From assembly GCA_977030845.1 (NCBI GenBank), contig OZ365111.1, positions 23,622,001-23,686,000 of the forward strand: DNA of 64,000 bases. The letters are read 5' to 3'. The stretch comes from Fimbriosthenelais zetlandica (taxonomy: Eukaryota). Each line of letters begins with the position of its first letter. Position 1 is the stretch's first letter. Shown in pieces: positions 52,201 to 64,000 of this stretch. The translations under genes and the position numbers were made by a program. The notes beneath the pieces were generated by a model. The model saw nothing but the letters and a program-made list of their open reading frames with translations. It was not told where the DNA came from and did no database searches.

Positions 52201-54517
52201 TTATAACTATCCAGGCCTATACTCCACTTCACATCAGTTTTCAGTCTACTTATCCATATAGGTTTTCTATCATCATCAACCAGATTTGGGGTGCAATGGT
52301 AGTTTCTACTTGGCATATTTGCCAGCTTTAAGGCAAAAGGTCATTCGTCATACCAATGTTTAGAGAGAGATTTTGTCATTTTTATCATGGCCAAATAAAT
52401 ATAATGCTGAACGGCATTGGTAATGGCCGAGCAGCTCAAGACATAAAGAGTTTAATGCATTACCGAACACACTCTCGTCTGGAGGTGCTGCAGTTACCAA
52501 GTACCTTGTAATGCAGAATAATTAGGCTTATAGAAAAAGTTTCTTTAGATTGAAGAGTAGTTTCATAAATAGGCTTTCAGAAGAGGTGCTCAAAAATGTT
52601 GAGACTCTGAGGACAGAAAAAAATTGTTTCTAGATTGTCCCTTATCACCTGAAGTTCACCTCTTGTTCTAGAGGCACCCACAACAGAATATGCCAGAGCT
52701 CTATGAGACAAAATAATTGTGGCAATTAAAAGTTGTAATTTCTATTGCCAAATTACTGCATATTGCAGCCAAAAGGACTATACTTGGGGATATTCAACTG
52801 TTCCAATTGACCACTAGATATGCAAACAGCACTGACTGTATAGAAAGTACAGAAATTGGGATAGGAGGAGTGTCCCATGCCACTTCCCCTATATGCATAA
52901 TATGAATTTCGCATCAATGGACATTGAGTGGCTTTGCTGTGAGTAGTCGCTCGGTTAGGGGTTCAGCGTAAAGAGTCGGTGATCACGCCACCGAGTGGCT
53001 CAATCGATTCTCAGCTAATCCACTTTTCTGCTGGATTGCTCCTTAGGTTTACAAGGTGTGGCCATTGGCCGCAATGTTTCTTTGGGTGTGAATAGCCTGG
53101 AGCTCTGTTCCCAGATCTGAATGCTGCCAAGTACATAAAGGCAAAGCTGATAGACTTATACTCTCACTCCTTTTTCAAAATGAAAATATGTTTCTCATGG
53201 GGAAATTTTTGGGCCATTGCATAACAAACTGTTGTCTATGTAAATACAATGGACGACAGTCATTTGTGCAATCTGCTTCAGTCTAAACACAGCTAAAACA
53301 TTATATTTCGCATCCTTATTGTAATATGGCCTGAATTCAGAAAACCCTATTATTAGTTATTTTTCTCTTCACATTCTGGTAGGAAAACTCGTGGACGACT
53401 CATGGTCCTGTTTGGCACGGAATTTTTTCTGACAGTGAGAGAAACCTGGAGTCGATCACATTAGCTCTTGCCTGTGGGATTATGGCAATACATATTTAGC
53501 ATTATGTCATATCGTTGCACCTAATGGGTATTGACGAAAGCATTATGTTACTTTAGTGCTTGGCTCTTAAGTGGGCGCATAAGGAAACTCCATAGTACCA
53601 ATATGCCCTGAAGACTATGTCATGCCTTAGATTGGCGCAATGAGATGATTCTACTGTAATAACATCTATGACAGCTAAGTTCATTACTGTATAACTGTGT
53701 CAGAATAATGCAACTGCGAATCTTGTAAAGTGTTATCCAAGATTTGTACAACATTCTTAAGTTTCATACAAGATTCACAATTGGATATCTCCTGCCAGTT
53801 CCTTTTACCATATGGGACTCACCATTAAAACTGGTATTTATAAAATTAAATTTAATGTAAGGTAATAATTTAATATAAGTTTATGTAGTTAGCAAAGTTC
53901 TGGACTGAAGATTATGTGATTGCATTTGGTTACTAACGATTTAATAGGACAAAAAATGATTTGGGCCCTCTGAGAAGTAGCACTAAAAAAGCTCAATGGC
54001 ATAACCATAACAAAAAGAGTTTCTTATGGAAATATTTAGTTGATATGGTATGTATAAATATCTGTCAGCATTCCTTCCCGTTGGAAGGTTAGCATTCATT
54101 TTCATATTACAGGACCACCTGCCCTCGATAATCTCTATTGTTACCATCCATATTGTACAATTACAATGTTACAATGTTCCTACTTTTTTTGGATTATTTA
54201 ATATAACTGTTAATATACTTCTGAATGGGGCAACAGAAAAAAAACTTATGGGTGCAAGTGGAGAAGGTCTTTTATTTATTATCGTCAAGTAGATCTACTC
54301 AACGATAACAAAAATGATTGCGTTTTAACAATAATTAACAAAGCATCACTGATGTGTAAAATATTGGAAAGTTTTTGCATTCAGGATTGAGACGTTTATT
54401 CCCTTCACACCATTACTTGCCAGTGTTTAATCACTGACAGTTAATCACAAAAAGTTAATGATTTATGCAACTTCGAATCTAATTTCTAAACGACTGGGGT
54501 CAAAGTGAACATTCAAT

Positions 54518-54620
54518 TAATGCCCCATGCTCACTGAACCGTTTTCCTGCAGTACGTCACTTTTGTAAATCGGGCCTGTCCATAATTGTCAAGAAAACGA
54601 CTCAGTGGACATGGGGCCTA
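54518..54620. mobile_element. ~100-bp MITE, TA-flanked
   Basis: TAATGCCCCATGCTCACTGAACCGTTT ... AAACGACTCAGTGGACATGGGGCCTA imperfect TIRs. Confidence 0.7.
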
Positions 54621-56244
54621 GTTTTTAACAGAACGACTATAAGTTACATTTCAAAGCTGTAACTACATGTAAGTGACATTATTATGGCTCTGATAATCAG
54701 GTGATGACTTCAATGATCATTATAATCATTGTAATGGCATTTCAAAGCTATTCATTACTGATCTTAAAAGATGGTGTGTCAACAAGTGTAATTTACTTTC
54801 TGATTATTTAGTATGTTTGATGATAAGATGTATGTAGATATTTTGGCAGTTTTTCTATCTTTTTCTTCGGGATTAGCTGGCATAAGACCAATTCACGAAC
54901 TTATATATAAGAGAATGATAATTAAATATTATAGTGTTAGGGAAAGGGCTTCTTTACTTCGACCCCAGAATGTTATTTAGAGCAGAACACTCAGAAATGA
55001 CAACGGACTAGCACCGAGTGACTTCTGACTGGGAAAATAAAGCTATTTCTTTAATGGACTTGCGAATGAAGTTGACTTGGTATAGATATGGACCTGCAAG
55101 ATTGTGGTCGTAGAACGGGATATGGTCGGTTTAGTACAAGAATTCCTCACATTAAGTGGTCTCATAGTGAGATTGTCGCTTTAGTAAGTCTAAAAAACAG
55201 TAGGACTAAGTGGTCGAATTGTGAGATGGTTACTTTAGTGTACTGGCCGTTATGGGAAATTAAACTAATTTGGAGAAGAATAAAATTGTGTTTGATATTC
55301 TAAATGATATTTCAGTAGAGAAAATGATACGCATATAATACATGCACGATAGATAAATTTCCCACGAACATAAATCAAGGATTTGCATGATGTCAATCCT
55401 CTATACTGTTTTTTTTCTGTTGTTTGATTGTGGCAATGGCAATTTCCTATTTATCTATAATGTTAAATCTCACCAGTGATTAGCAATGGTCGATATCATG
55501 TGCTCATGCCATATGGTTTCATCTCAAACATTATTGTCATAGCATGTATCACCATGATATCTAAGCATTACATACGTTATTGGCCCACATTAAATGGCAA
55601 GGGTGACTGGGATGGCTCGCATACATTGTATACACGGATCCTATGACAAACAATCTTACTGGCAGGTAACCTAGGTAACAAATATTTCCCACCTTTCCCA
55701 TGTTATCTCTCTGTTTGGGTCCTATATACACCTGTGGCTTGCTAGGGTTACTTCTCCAGGGGGTCAACTGAGCACTGGGGAGGAGGCTATAAGGTACAGC
55801 CCTGGAGACTGAGTCATCCTCGAGGAAGATGTGCAGGAGGTGCAGGGGGCACTCGCCAAAAAGTGTTCTGTCAATTACTATAACTCCCTCCAATTATATG
55901 CTTCAATTTCAAAGCCATTTTCAAGAGTGGAAATCGTCGATACTTGAACCATTTTCCTTGATCGATAGCTTTAGCCATATCTTTTGGACATGTATGTACA
56001 TAATGTAGAAACAGCTGAATTAGGTAATATTAATGTTTGGGATTTTTCTCCTTTTCCAACAAAGTGTTCCCGTATCTCCAAAGACTGTGTGATGAACGAG
56101 ACTGTATAATCATTTCCGTTGACATTATCGGATGTCCAATAAGTCTTCAACAGCATCATCTGTGGCATGATAATGATGTGCATGGGAGCTTTGATTATTT
56201 AGGGACAGATTTATTGTCTGTTAATAGTTAAAATTTATTCATTA

Positions 56245-56490
56245 ACTCATTTTAATTCACTCGCTCCTGCTCACTCAGAACTTGATTACTCGCCCAGCAC
56301 TCGCTCAATCCTCACTCATTCACTACTTCCTCAATAACTCGGTTGGTCGGTCACCACTTAGTCAAAATCATTTACTCAGTTGCTCACTCCCTCATTAGCT
56401 CACTCACTCTCACTCACCCAATTACGGTTTGACTGACTGACTCTCTCACTCACTCACTTACTCACTCGCTAACCACTAAATCATTAATTC
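56245..56490. repeat. Degenerate (ACTC)n simple repeat
   Basis: Repeated CTCACT/ACTCAC motifs. Confidence 0.8.
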
Positions 56491-58246
56491 ATTTGCTTAC
56501 GTGTGTACACACTTACGTAGTGCACAATACTTTACAAGTCAATACATGTGGTTTCATAAACCATAAACCTATAGATAAACATGCATACTTTCATTTTATA
56601 AAACCAGAACCAAAATTCTTCCAACTCCAACTCTTTCCAGCTCGGGTAACCCTTCTGGGTCCATAACCAGGCCACAACATCTTCTGCTTCCCAAATGGGC
56701 CTCGTTCACCCAGTCCAATGCCTTTTGATGCTGGGATTAATGTCACCATTTTATGAGACACTTCAATGTACACATGTGAGCCTGGGTTTTGGATCTGGTT
56801 ATTTCAACCGCTAAGGCCTGGGCTCCACTAATATATTTCTATGTGGATAAATAGAAAATAAAAATGTCATGAGACAGAAACGATAAGGGATTATAAAAAA
56901 AATAATATTCAAATTTTATCCTTATACTAGAATCGATATATGCATGGGTGATTAGGAGAACTTCCTTATTATTTTTCTTAATCGTCTCAGCCTTTATTTG
57001 GTTTAGATGAGCCCCTACACATTGGATTATCTATCGATCAGTTTATTTGGTCAGTTCCCAAATGAATTGATAGAATGACATAAATCTGCCTAATTTGACA
57101 GTAGGACAATAGGCATCTGTCGGCTCGGTGGGTGCAATCCTTTAGTTCTTCCCAACCGATCGAAGAATCTGCTATAGTGGGGTTGGGGTTTCTGGTGGAA
57201 CAACTGTCAGTGGCAAGAGATGTTCCTAGCAGGGGGCACACACCCAATACATGCTAATCGCCTCAGTGGCCCATAGGTTAAGTTGAGTGGAGACCCACAT
57301 TGTATCCACTTGTCTCAGATCAGGGTATTCCAAGACAAGCCACTTTACTTTTCGTGCAACTTTTCTCCGCGCACTGAGAGAAGCGAAGTCAAGTGAGCTA
57401 GAATTTTCACGATATTCCAGGATGTCCGAGGTTGTCTATATTAGTCTTGTGAACAATATTCACAACTATTTTGTTTGATGAAATTACATTAAAACAAAGG
57501 TCAATAGCTGCATAAGAAGTAAGCTCCCGTTCGCATACAGGAGGCAATAATATAACCTATATAGGTGCCAAAACATTTAATTTTGTAGGATCTGTTATGA
57601 GTAATATTCCATCGAGTTTACAAATTACTCTTCTTATAAATAAAACATAAAAATGACTAGAAACACTCGGAAATTATGAATCTGACAGAAATATAAAGCT
57701 GTGCTATATACTACAACTCTTGCCGATTTCATGATGAAAGATGTCCAGGAATCAGCGTACACACCATTGACTTCACCTTGGGGGATACAATAAACGTTCC
57801 CCCATTTCCACAATCAACGCCCAATTAGCAATGCCTGCCGACCTCTGAAGACAACAGGCCTGCAGGCAAGAAGCAAAGACTCAAAGTCAAACAGTAAACA
57901 CCTTCCAAGGTCATGTCAAAACGACCCAAGGTCACGCCCCAGGAGATTCATAATGACCTGTAATGACCCAGCTTTCAACTTGGAAGAGGTCTCACCTCAG
58001 ATGATAAAGGAACGCCGAGCCAATATGTTGCTGCGAGAAACAAATTTACTGTATGGTATTATTATTATACAGTGGAGTTTCAATAATGCGACCACTGCAT
58101 GTGTGGTACACTAGTTAGTTACAGTGGGAAGATCTCAATAAGACCCATATCCACTAAACTATATTTTACTGGATGTATTTCAGGTCGCCCTGTCAACTTC
58201 CCGCAAGCAATTATGGGTAGTTAATAGTGATATATAGATAATCGCT

Positions 58247-59669
58247 TAATACCCCAGTCACACGAGGGACCGAATGCCGTTGGAATGAAAGTTGTTTCCT
58301 ATTCCTGGGTATTCGATTTGCTTTCTTGAGATTCCAACAGAATTCTGAGTGTTTTCCAAGGATTCTGACCCATTCCAGGGCCGGCTCAAATATTTTGCTC
58401 ATGTTCAAAACTTTCCAACTGCATTCATGGTAGAGACATATCGAATGAGATTCGAAGTGTATTCCAAATATACTCTGAATGTATTCCAAATAGTCTTATG
58501 ACATTCCAACAGCATTCGAAACATTCTTATCATATTCGAGGGAAATTCTGAAGGGAATTCTAGAGGGAATTCTAAGTAAAAATGTCAATAAAATTACTAT
58601 TTTACGATAATTTTGTCTTTCCACCCCAAATTAAATGGCGGTGAATTTATTAGAGTGTTATTTGGATTTTTCGTTTTAAACTGAAAAGATGAGCTTGAAC
58701 GAACAGTGTTAAAGCTCTCAATAAAACATATGAATACAAGAGCAAGCTGAGATGACCAACAAATGTATCTAGAAATACATTTTTTTTTATATGAAACCAA
58801 AGTTGTAACAATGTTCATAAACATTGAAAGTGGCAAAAGGACAATTTTCTCTTATCTCTGATCAGATTAGGGTGAAATCTGGATAAAATAATATAAATTT
58901 ACTGCTTTCAGTAACTTAAACTGTTGATAGTCGAGCTGCATTCTGTTTTAATTCTTGGGTGATCAAACCATATTCCGAGAGCATTCTCTCTCGATTCCAA
59001 GTGAATTCTAAGATTCTTCCAAGTGCATTAATTATAAGTATAGTCGAGCTGCATTCTGGATTAATTCCTAGATGATCAAACCACATTCCGGGAGCATTTT
59101 TCCTCGATTCTAGGTGAATTCTGATGCTCCTTCGAGCCAGACTTCATGTGGGACTCGAGCAGCAATCAAACCACACTTGTATGACATTTTAAGTGCATTC
59201 TAAACAGTCTGACTCTATTCTAAGGGAATTCTAAATATTTGTACTGTGTTCCAAATGCATTCCAGCCTAGATTCTAGAATGTGGAAGAATCATTCCAGGT
59301 GCTTTCCAGAGTGAATTTCGAATAATTTAGAATGCAGTTCGATATTTCTGCTGTAAGAATGTAACTGGAAAGTTTTGACTTCGACCAAAACTTTCCAACT
59401 AGCCTCAAGAATAAGACCAAAAATTCAGAATCCATTTGGACTCCATCAGAATGCAATTGGAATCTGTAAAATGCAATTCGAATACCCAGGAATGTAGAAA
59501 GAACTTTGATTCAGATGACATTCGGGCTCATTCCTACACTAGTGTGATGTCTTTTCAGGTAGAGTTGCATAGTAAATTTTCGTCTTTTTGAAAGCCCTTC
59601 TCGACTGTAGCACGAATTTTAGTTCTGGTTGATTCCTGCTGATTCCAACTAACTGTGACTGGGGCATTA
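58247..59669. mobile_element. 1.4-kb non-autonomous DNA transposon with ATTC/GAAT-rich interior
   Basis: TAATACCCCAGTCACA (58247-58262) / TGTGACTGGGGCATTA (59654-59669), 15/16 match including flanking TA; ~85-bp internal direct repeat starting at 58928 and 59041; no ORF of note. Confidence 0.75.
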
Positions 59670-62600
59670 GTAAGGTGATCATTGGTTCTGATCAGTTAAT
59701 ATTGAATTCATAATGAATCGGTTTTGTTATGCCTTGAACAGACAACAGTGTTTTTTGCAGTCACATTAAGAGCACAGGTGACTTTTTATAGACGCCTCTG
59801 TATTTTTGGTCTTATCTTTGAGCACCAATTATTATAGCTGAGAGAGTGTGCGCATACATCAAAAGAACTTATAGCCTCTGCAAAAATTTAATCGGCATGG
59901 TCAAGACAAGAAAAAAACAAGCAACTGGAGGCGTTCACAGTTTGTTCCAGACATTATAGTGAGTCGGCATATCTTTGGTTCGATTAGTGAGGTGGCGATT
60001 GAGTGAGACTCAACTGTATAGAAAATATGGTTCTCTTTGATAAGGGAAGACAACCAGGGTGGTCCGGAGTCAGTGAGTCCTGCACTCCTTTCTTGTACTT
60101 ATATAGTCTCTTAGATTGTGTTTAAACAGGCATTGGTCAGTTGGGCCTGCTTGAAAGCATATCTGCCTGAAGGTAAAAAGTCACTTTGATGTTCTCTTGG
60201 ATTGTCTTTGGGTGACAGGAAAGTTGTTTCTCACGTGACAAATGGCAGCTCTGACAGATGTTGCCTGCCAGATACAGGCCCATAGAGTTGATATAGTGGA
60301 ATTTAAATGCCCAGTGATCTCTTATTGAACCTTGGAAGGCCATTTTGATATTCCTTTCGGCCAAAGACTGACCAGGCCTTTCATTCCATTTGTCGGTACT
60401 TTAATGAATAAGAATATTGGAGTGACAGCTTGACCTCCATTTGTGTTGGAATTTACAATTTTATTGTGCATTTATTGTGCAGAAACTTCAATCGTCATTG
60501 ATGTTTTGATTACACACAGTCTGCTCCACTGATTGTATATATTTGGCAGAAGTTCACACATTGCACAACTTAAGTTAAATGGCATGGATCTAGGTGAAAC
60601 TGACATATAGATTAATTTAACCTTAAGTGGGATGTTTAATGCTCATCACTGATCAATGACAGTGTCTGATAAAAGCGATAGAGAAGGGGTTCTACATTAC
60701 ACATGAACTGTAAGGGAAACCTCCCCAGAACAAAACACAATTCTTGGAAAAGCTTCCAATTCATGTGAACCACTGAAATTGCGAGCAATCTAGCAAGTTC
60801 CTAAACCGCGCAGCTTCCTTCGGGTCAAAGTGAGAGTTTATTTACATAACTCTTGACAGTGTTTTCATAACTCGCCTGTCATTAGATTTATCCCTGCTGT
60901 CCATAAGATCATGGACAAACAGGCGCATGTCAAGACAATTCCAAAGGTCTCCATGCATGGAAACATGAAAAGTCTCAGCGAGAAAAAGACAATGATCTAG
61001 AAAGAATTTCTCAGAAATAGAAGCACACAGATCACTTCGACATTATGTAAACCTGATGCTTATGTTTCAAAAAGATATTATGACATTTGTGCGTGTAATT
61101 ATGCAATAAGATATTCCACTTTTGAGGAAAGCAAGGTGCATGGTGACTATAGATTCCATTTTAAAGGACCACACGCACGATATTGGCAAGATTTCAAAAG
61201 GTTTCCCTTGCTTTGGAACAGGTCCACAAGAAGGGTTTTATATAAATATCAATTGTTTTCGGAAGGTGGATGGTTCTGAAGTTGGATTCGAAAAAAATAG
61301 AACACCCCTGAGTCAGACTTTCAAATGTATGTTATGGTTGCAAAAATATATACTGTGGTTTACCTCAGTTGGATATTAAAAACAAACGATCTAGACAGTT
61401 AGAACTATAGAATTCATATATTGTTGAATCTGTACTGAGGTCTGGGGTCTGAATTCAGAAAAAGGGTATTATATAGTCTATTAGAATACTCTCAATTAGT
61501 GGATACCCGTGGACAATAGTGAACAATGAGGAAAAGCGCATGCACAGGCATGTACAAGTTCTTTATGTGTCGCATAGGGCCATCTCTGAATGGAGAATTT
61601 CAACACTTCCGTTTTATATTAAGTGAATTTTTTTCATTACACAAATTGTGCTGTGTTCCAAGTATTAATTGTATTACCCATTGGTAAGTTGGTGGGCTAA
61701 TAATTATGGCTCATCTTTCTTTTGAAACATCCCCTAATATCCCAGAAACAAATCAAATTTATCCCAAGAAGTCACAAAATACAGAATCATTGCAAACGAT
61801 ATGGAAACTGTCACATTATAAATTAAGTCTAAGGTTTTCAAAAAATAATTTAAGGGATAAGGGATACGCATAATGCTATTTCAAGATCAAAATAATGCAC
61901 CAATTAAGATTCCCTAAACAAGTTTTAATTTATTTTGAAAGAGGTTTCTATATAATTATTATTATACGGGGACCTGTACCAAAGCCCCGTCCAAAAGGCC
62001 CTCAGGTACATACATGTTTATATGCATGCCACATTCCTCCAGGCGTCTGCATGCCTGCCCCCACCAAGCCCTCTCCTCCGCGGACCTCCTCCATGGTGTC
62101 TGGGCTCTGTAGAGACTATATAGTAGGGTACATAGGAACCCCGGAGGAACACCCTTGGTTATGAAAACAGTGGCAAACTCTGAGTCGGATTTGCCGCTCG
62201 TCCGTCTGTGGCTAATGATCCCAAGAGATAGATATCGATAAGTCCACAAGGATTGTTTTAGTGCACCAACCGACCTGGAGACTGGCTCCGTTTCACCAAA
62301 AACCTCTTGGGGAAAGTCCATGGACTCCTCTAATGAATTATCTCGGGTCAAAATCTATGATTATTTGAATACCTAATTGGCTACGAATTAGATAAAGCAA
62401 CGAAATAATGAAGGGATAGAGGTGTCCAATTATAATTTCAAAGACAAAGAAGGCTAACTGCATTTCATGGACAATCTAAAGAGAACTGCAGCAGTTCTAG
62501 GAATGAAAGTATTTTAGTGAACCGGATAAGCCCTAGACTGAGTAGTTTTGTTAGGGTAGCTACGCATGCGCAAAGGAAACAGCCATGGCGTCAGGGTTGA

Positions 62601-63449
62601 CCTATTGGCACCTCTTGGTGCCTCCTTCAAAATGCAACAAAGGCTGATTTGGTAACAACTGATGCATACATGGAAATATCAATTGAACTGATGCCTCTGG
62701 CAATGGAAATTGCTCTAGAACGTAGGTACTCAGAACATGCACAGCTTCCCTGTTCAGGAACACAATAGTCTAATACATTGTAGTTTCCCTGCTCTGTCTG
62801 GAACAATAATTTTTATTGTCCTAGAACATAAAATAGGGTGTCAGAACACAAAATTGTACTAATATTTGCCCTGGTAGGAAACACTATATTTTTCTTGCAC
62901 TAGAACACAAATAGTTTTCTCTAAAACATTTAACAGTTCCCTTCTCAAGAACGCTTTCGTTTCCCGGTTCCTCTGGAATCACTTATATTTTCCCACTTTT
63001 AAAACAGTCCCTGTTACTTAGGAAATAATTGTCTGGAATGATGAAACATACTAGTTTCCTGAATTAATCTGAAATTCTAATAGTTTCGCAGCTGTAAAAC
63101 ACTAATAACTTCCCCTTCAATTAAATACTGATCGATAGCTTCGATGGTCTAGACCACTTCTTGTTTCCCTGTTGTAGAAAACTAATACTTTCTGCAAAGT
63201 GGCAAAGGCAGGTGTTGCAAGACATACCCATAGCGTTCACTCCCAAGAAGTCCGGAGTAAAAGTGTCAATACCAAGCATTTAAATTCAGTATAGAAACAC
63301 TATCTATTGACTGTATTAACAAAAGCCAGGGCCTAAATGAAATTTTAGACCCAGGGCCGGGCTTGGTAATAGAAAGATGACGCCCGCCTTGCCATCGTTA
63401 AACACTTTCACTAGGGGAGGTTTTAAAAGGCTCCTATGTCGACCCTTAC

Positions 63450-63547
63450 CTACTCCTTGTCAGTTGGGGTTTAGTTTCTAGTGATCTACGAGGTAGGCCG
63501 GACATGATGCCGTTGATGGGCGGATGATAGTTTTGGTCATCCATACA
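63450..63547 (-). CDS. Orphan candidate coding exon of unknown gene
   Basis: Acceptor ttcattctaacag|, donor GTAG|gtaagg, 98 nt; only one frame is open (CMDDQNYHPPINGIMSGLPRRSLETKPQLTRS-R), phase 0-2. Confidence 0.35.
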
Positions 63548-63639
63548 CTGTTAGAATGAACTACATCAATGTCAGGTGATTTCACTTGGCGTGACCACAG
63601 CTTTTTATGAGCCATTTACCGATGTCCGTTTTACCTCTG

Positions 63640-63835
63640 CCAATTAACATAAATGGCCGCCAATTATTTTTGAGGCAAGGCTATGCTAATGCCAAGTACC
63701 TATGTCATGTGTTTTTAATTGGCGACACCAATTAAATCTTAAATGGCCAAACCAATTATAGGATTAGGGAGAGCCTCTTTTCACTTGGCTATACCAATTA
63801 AATTATAAATGGCGGTACCAATTATAGGATTAGGT
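63640..63835. repeat. Degenerate ~67-bp tandem duplication rich in CCAATT
   Basis: TTGGC...ACCAATTAAAT...TAAATGGC...ACCAATTATAGGATTAGG at ~63719 and ~63786, with a partial copy at ~63640. Confidence 0.7.
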
Positions 63836-64000
63836 GGGGCTGGGCCATTTAGGTTTGAAATATTTATATTATTAATTTTTTGATTAAATATGGTTGCATA
63901 TAATTTACCACTAATTATAGAATTAAATAAACGCACATATGAAATATTATGAACAACTTTTATTCGATAATCCCTCGAATATATATACAAAAATCTAATG

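Noticed and set aside
52935-53015. tRNA gene
   Set aside because: Only a loose A-box and partial acceptor pairing, with no proper B-box or cloverleaf; at most a decayed SINE head.
56591-56773. Gypsy integrase zinc-finger-like fragments (EAHLG, LWPG)
   Set aside because: The motifs are in different frames and only 14 nt apart; too little signal.
57777-57815. Donor giving ...YCIPQ|DC, a plausible FReD entry
   Set aside because: In-frame TGA 11 codons upstream with no AG acceptor in between.
61962-62351. 129-aa ORF with KGVPPG resembling the LINE RT GVPQG motif
   Set aside because: No other RT motifs (no YADD, no PLLF) in any frame.
63781-63990. AT-rich ORF suggesting a mitochondrial insertion (NUMT)
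   Set aside because: No recognisable mitochondrial protein in either strand; explained by the local tandem duplication and AT-rich composition.

Overview
Eukaryotic, AT-rich, intron-containing animal genomic DNA. My inference is a marine invertebrate; the TAGGCCTA-rich non-coding DNA and MITE types look echinoderm-like, but this is unverified. Two protein-coding genes can be reconstructed by hand, arranged convergently. (1) Plus strand, 442-6163: a complete 19-exon gene for a ~751-aa protein with RRM, F-box, LRR array and acidic tail (architecture of the poorly studied EEED8.10-like family), all introns only 97-331 bp. (2) Minus strand: the last three exons (34247-34366, 24620-24757, 8828-9267) of a fibrinogen-related-domain (FReD) protein, separated by 9.5 kb and 15.4 kb introns; its 5' exons were not confidently located. 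The rest is non-coding: microsatellites, one assembly gap, minisatellites, many MITEs/non-autonomous DNA transposons, a tRNA-derived SINE cluster and a few orphan exon candidates. No CRISPR, rRNA or intact transposase was seen, and I cannot claim a demonstrably new multi-gene system. The best leads are the RRM-F-box-LRR protein (with a possible splice toggle in its RNP1 motif), a 162-bp palindrome with regular TC/TC internal loops, and a strong TAGGCCTA over-representation.
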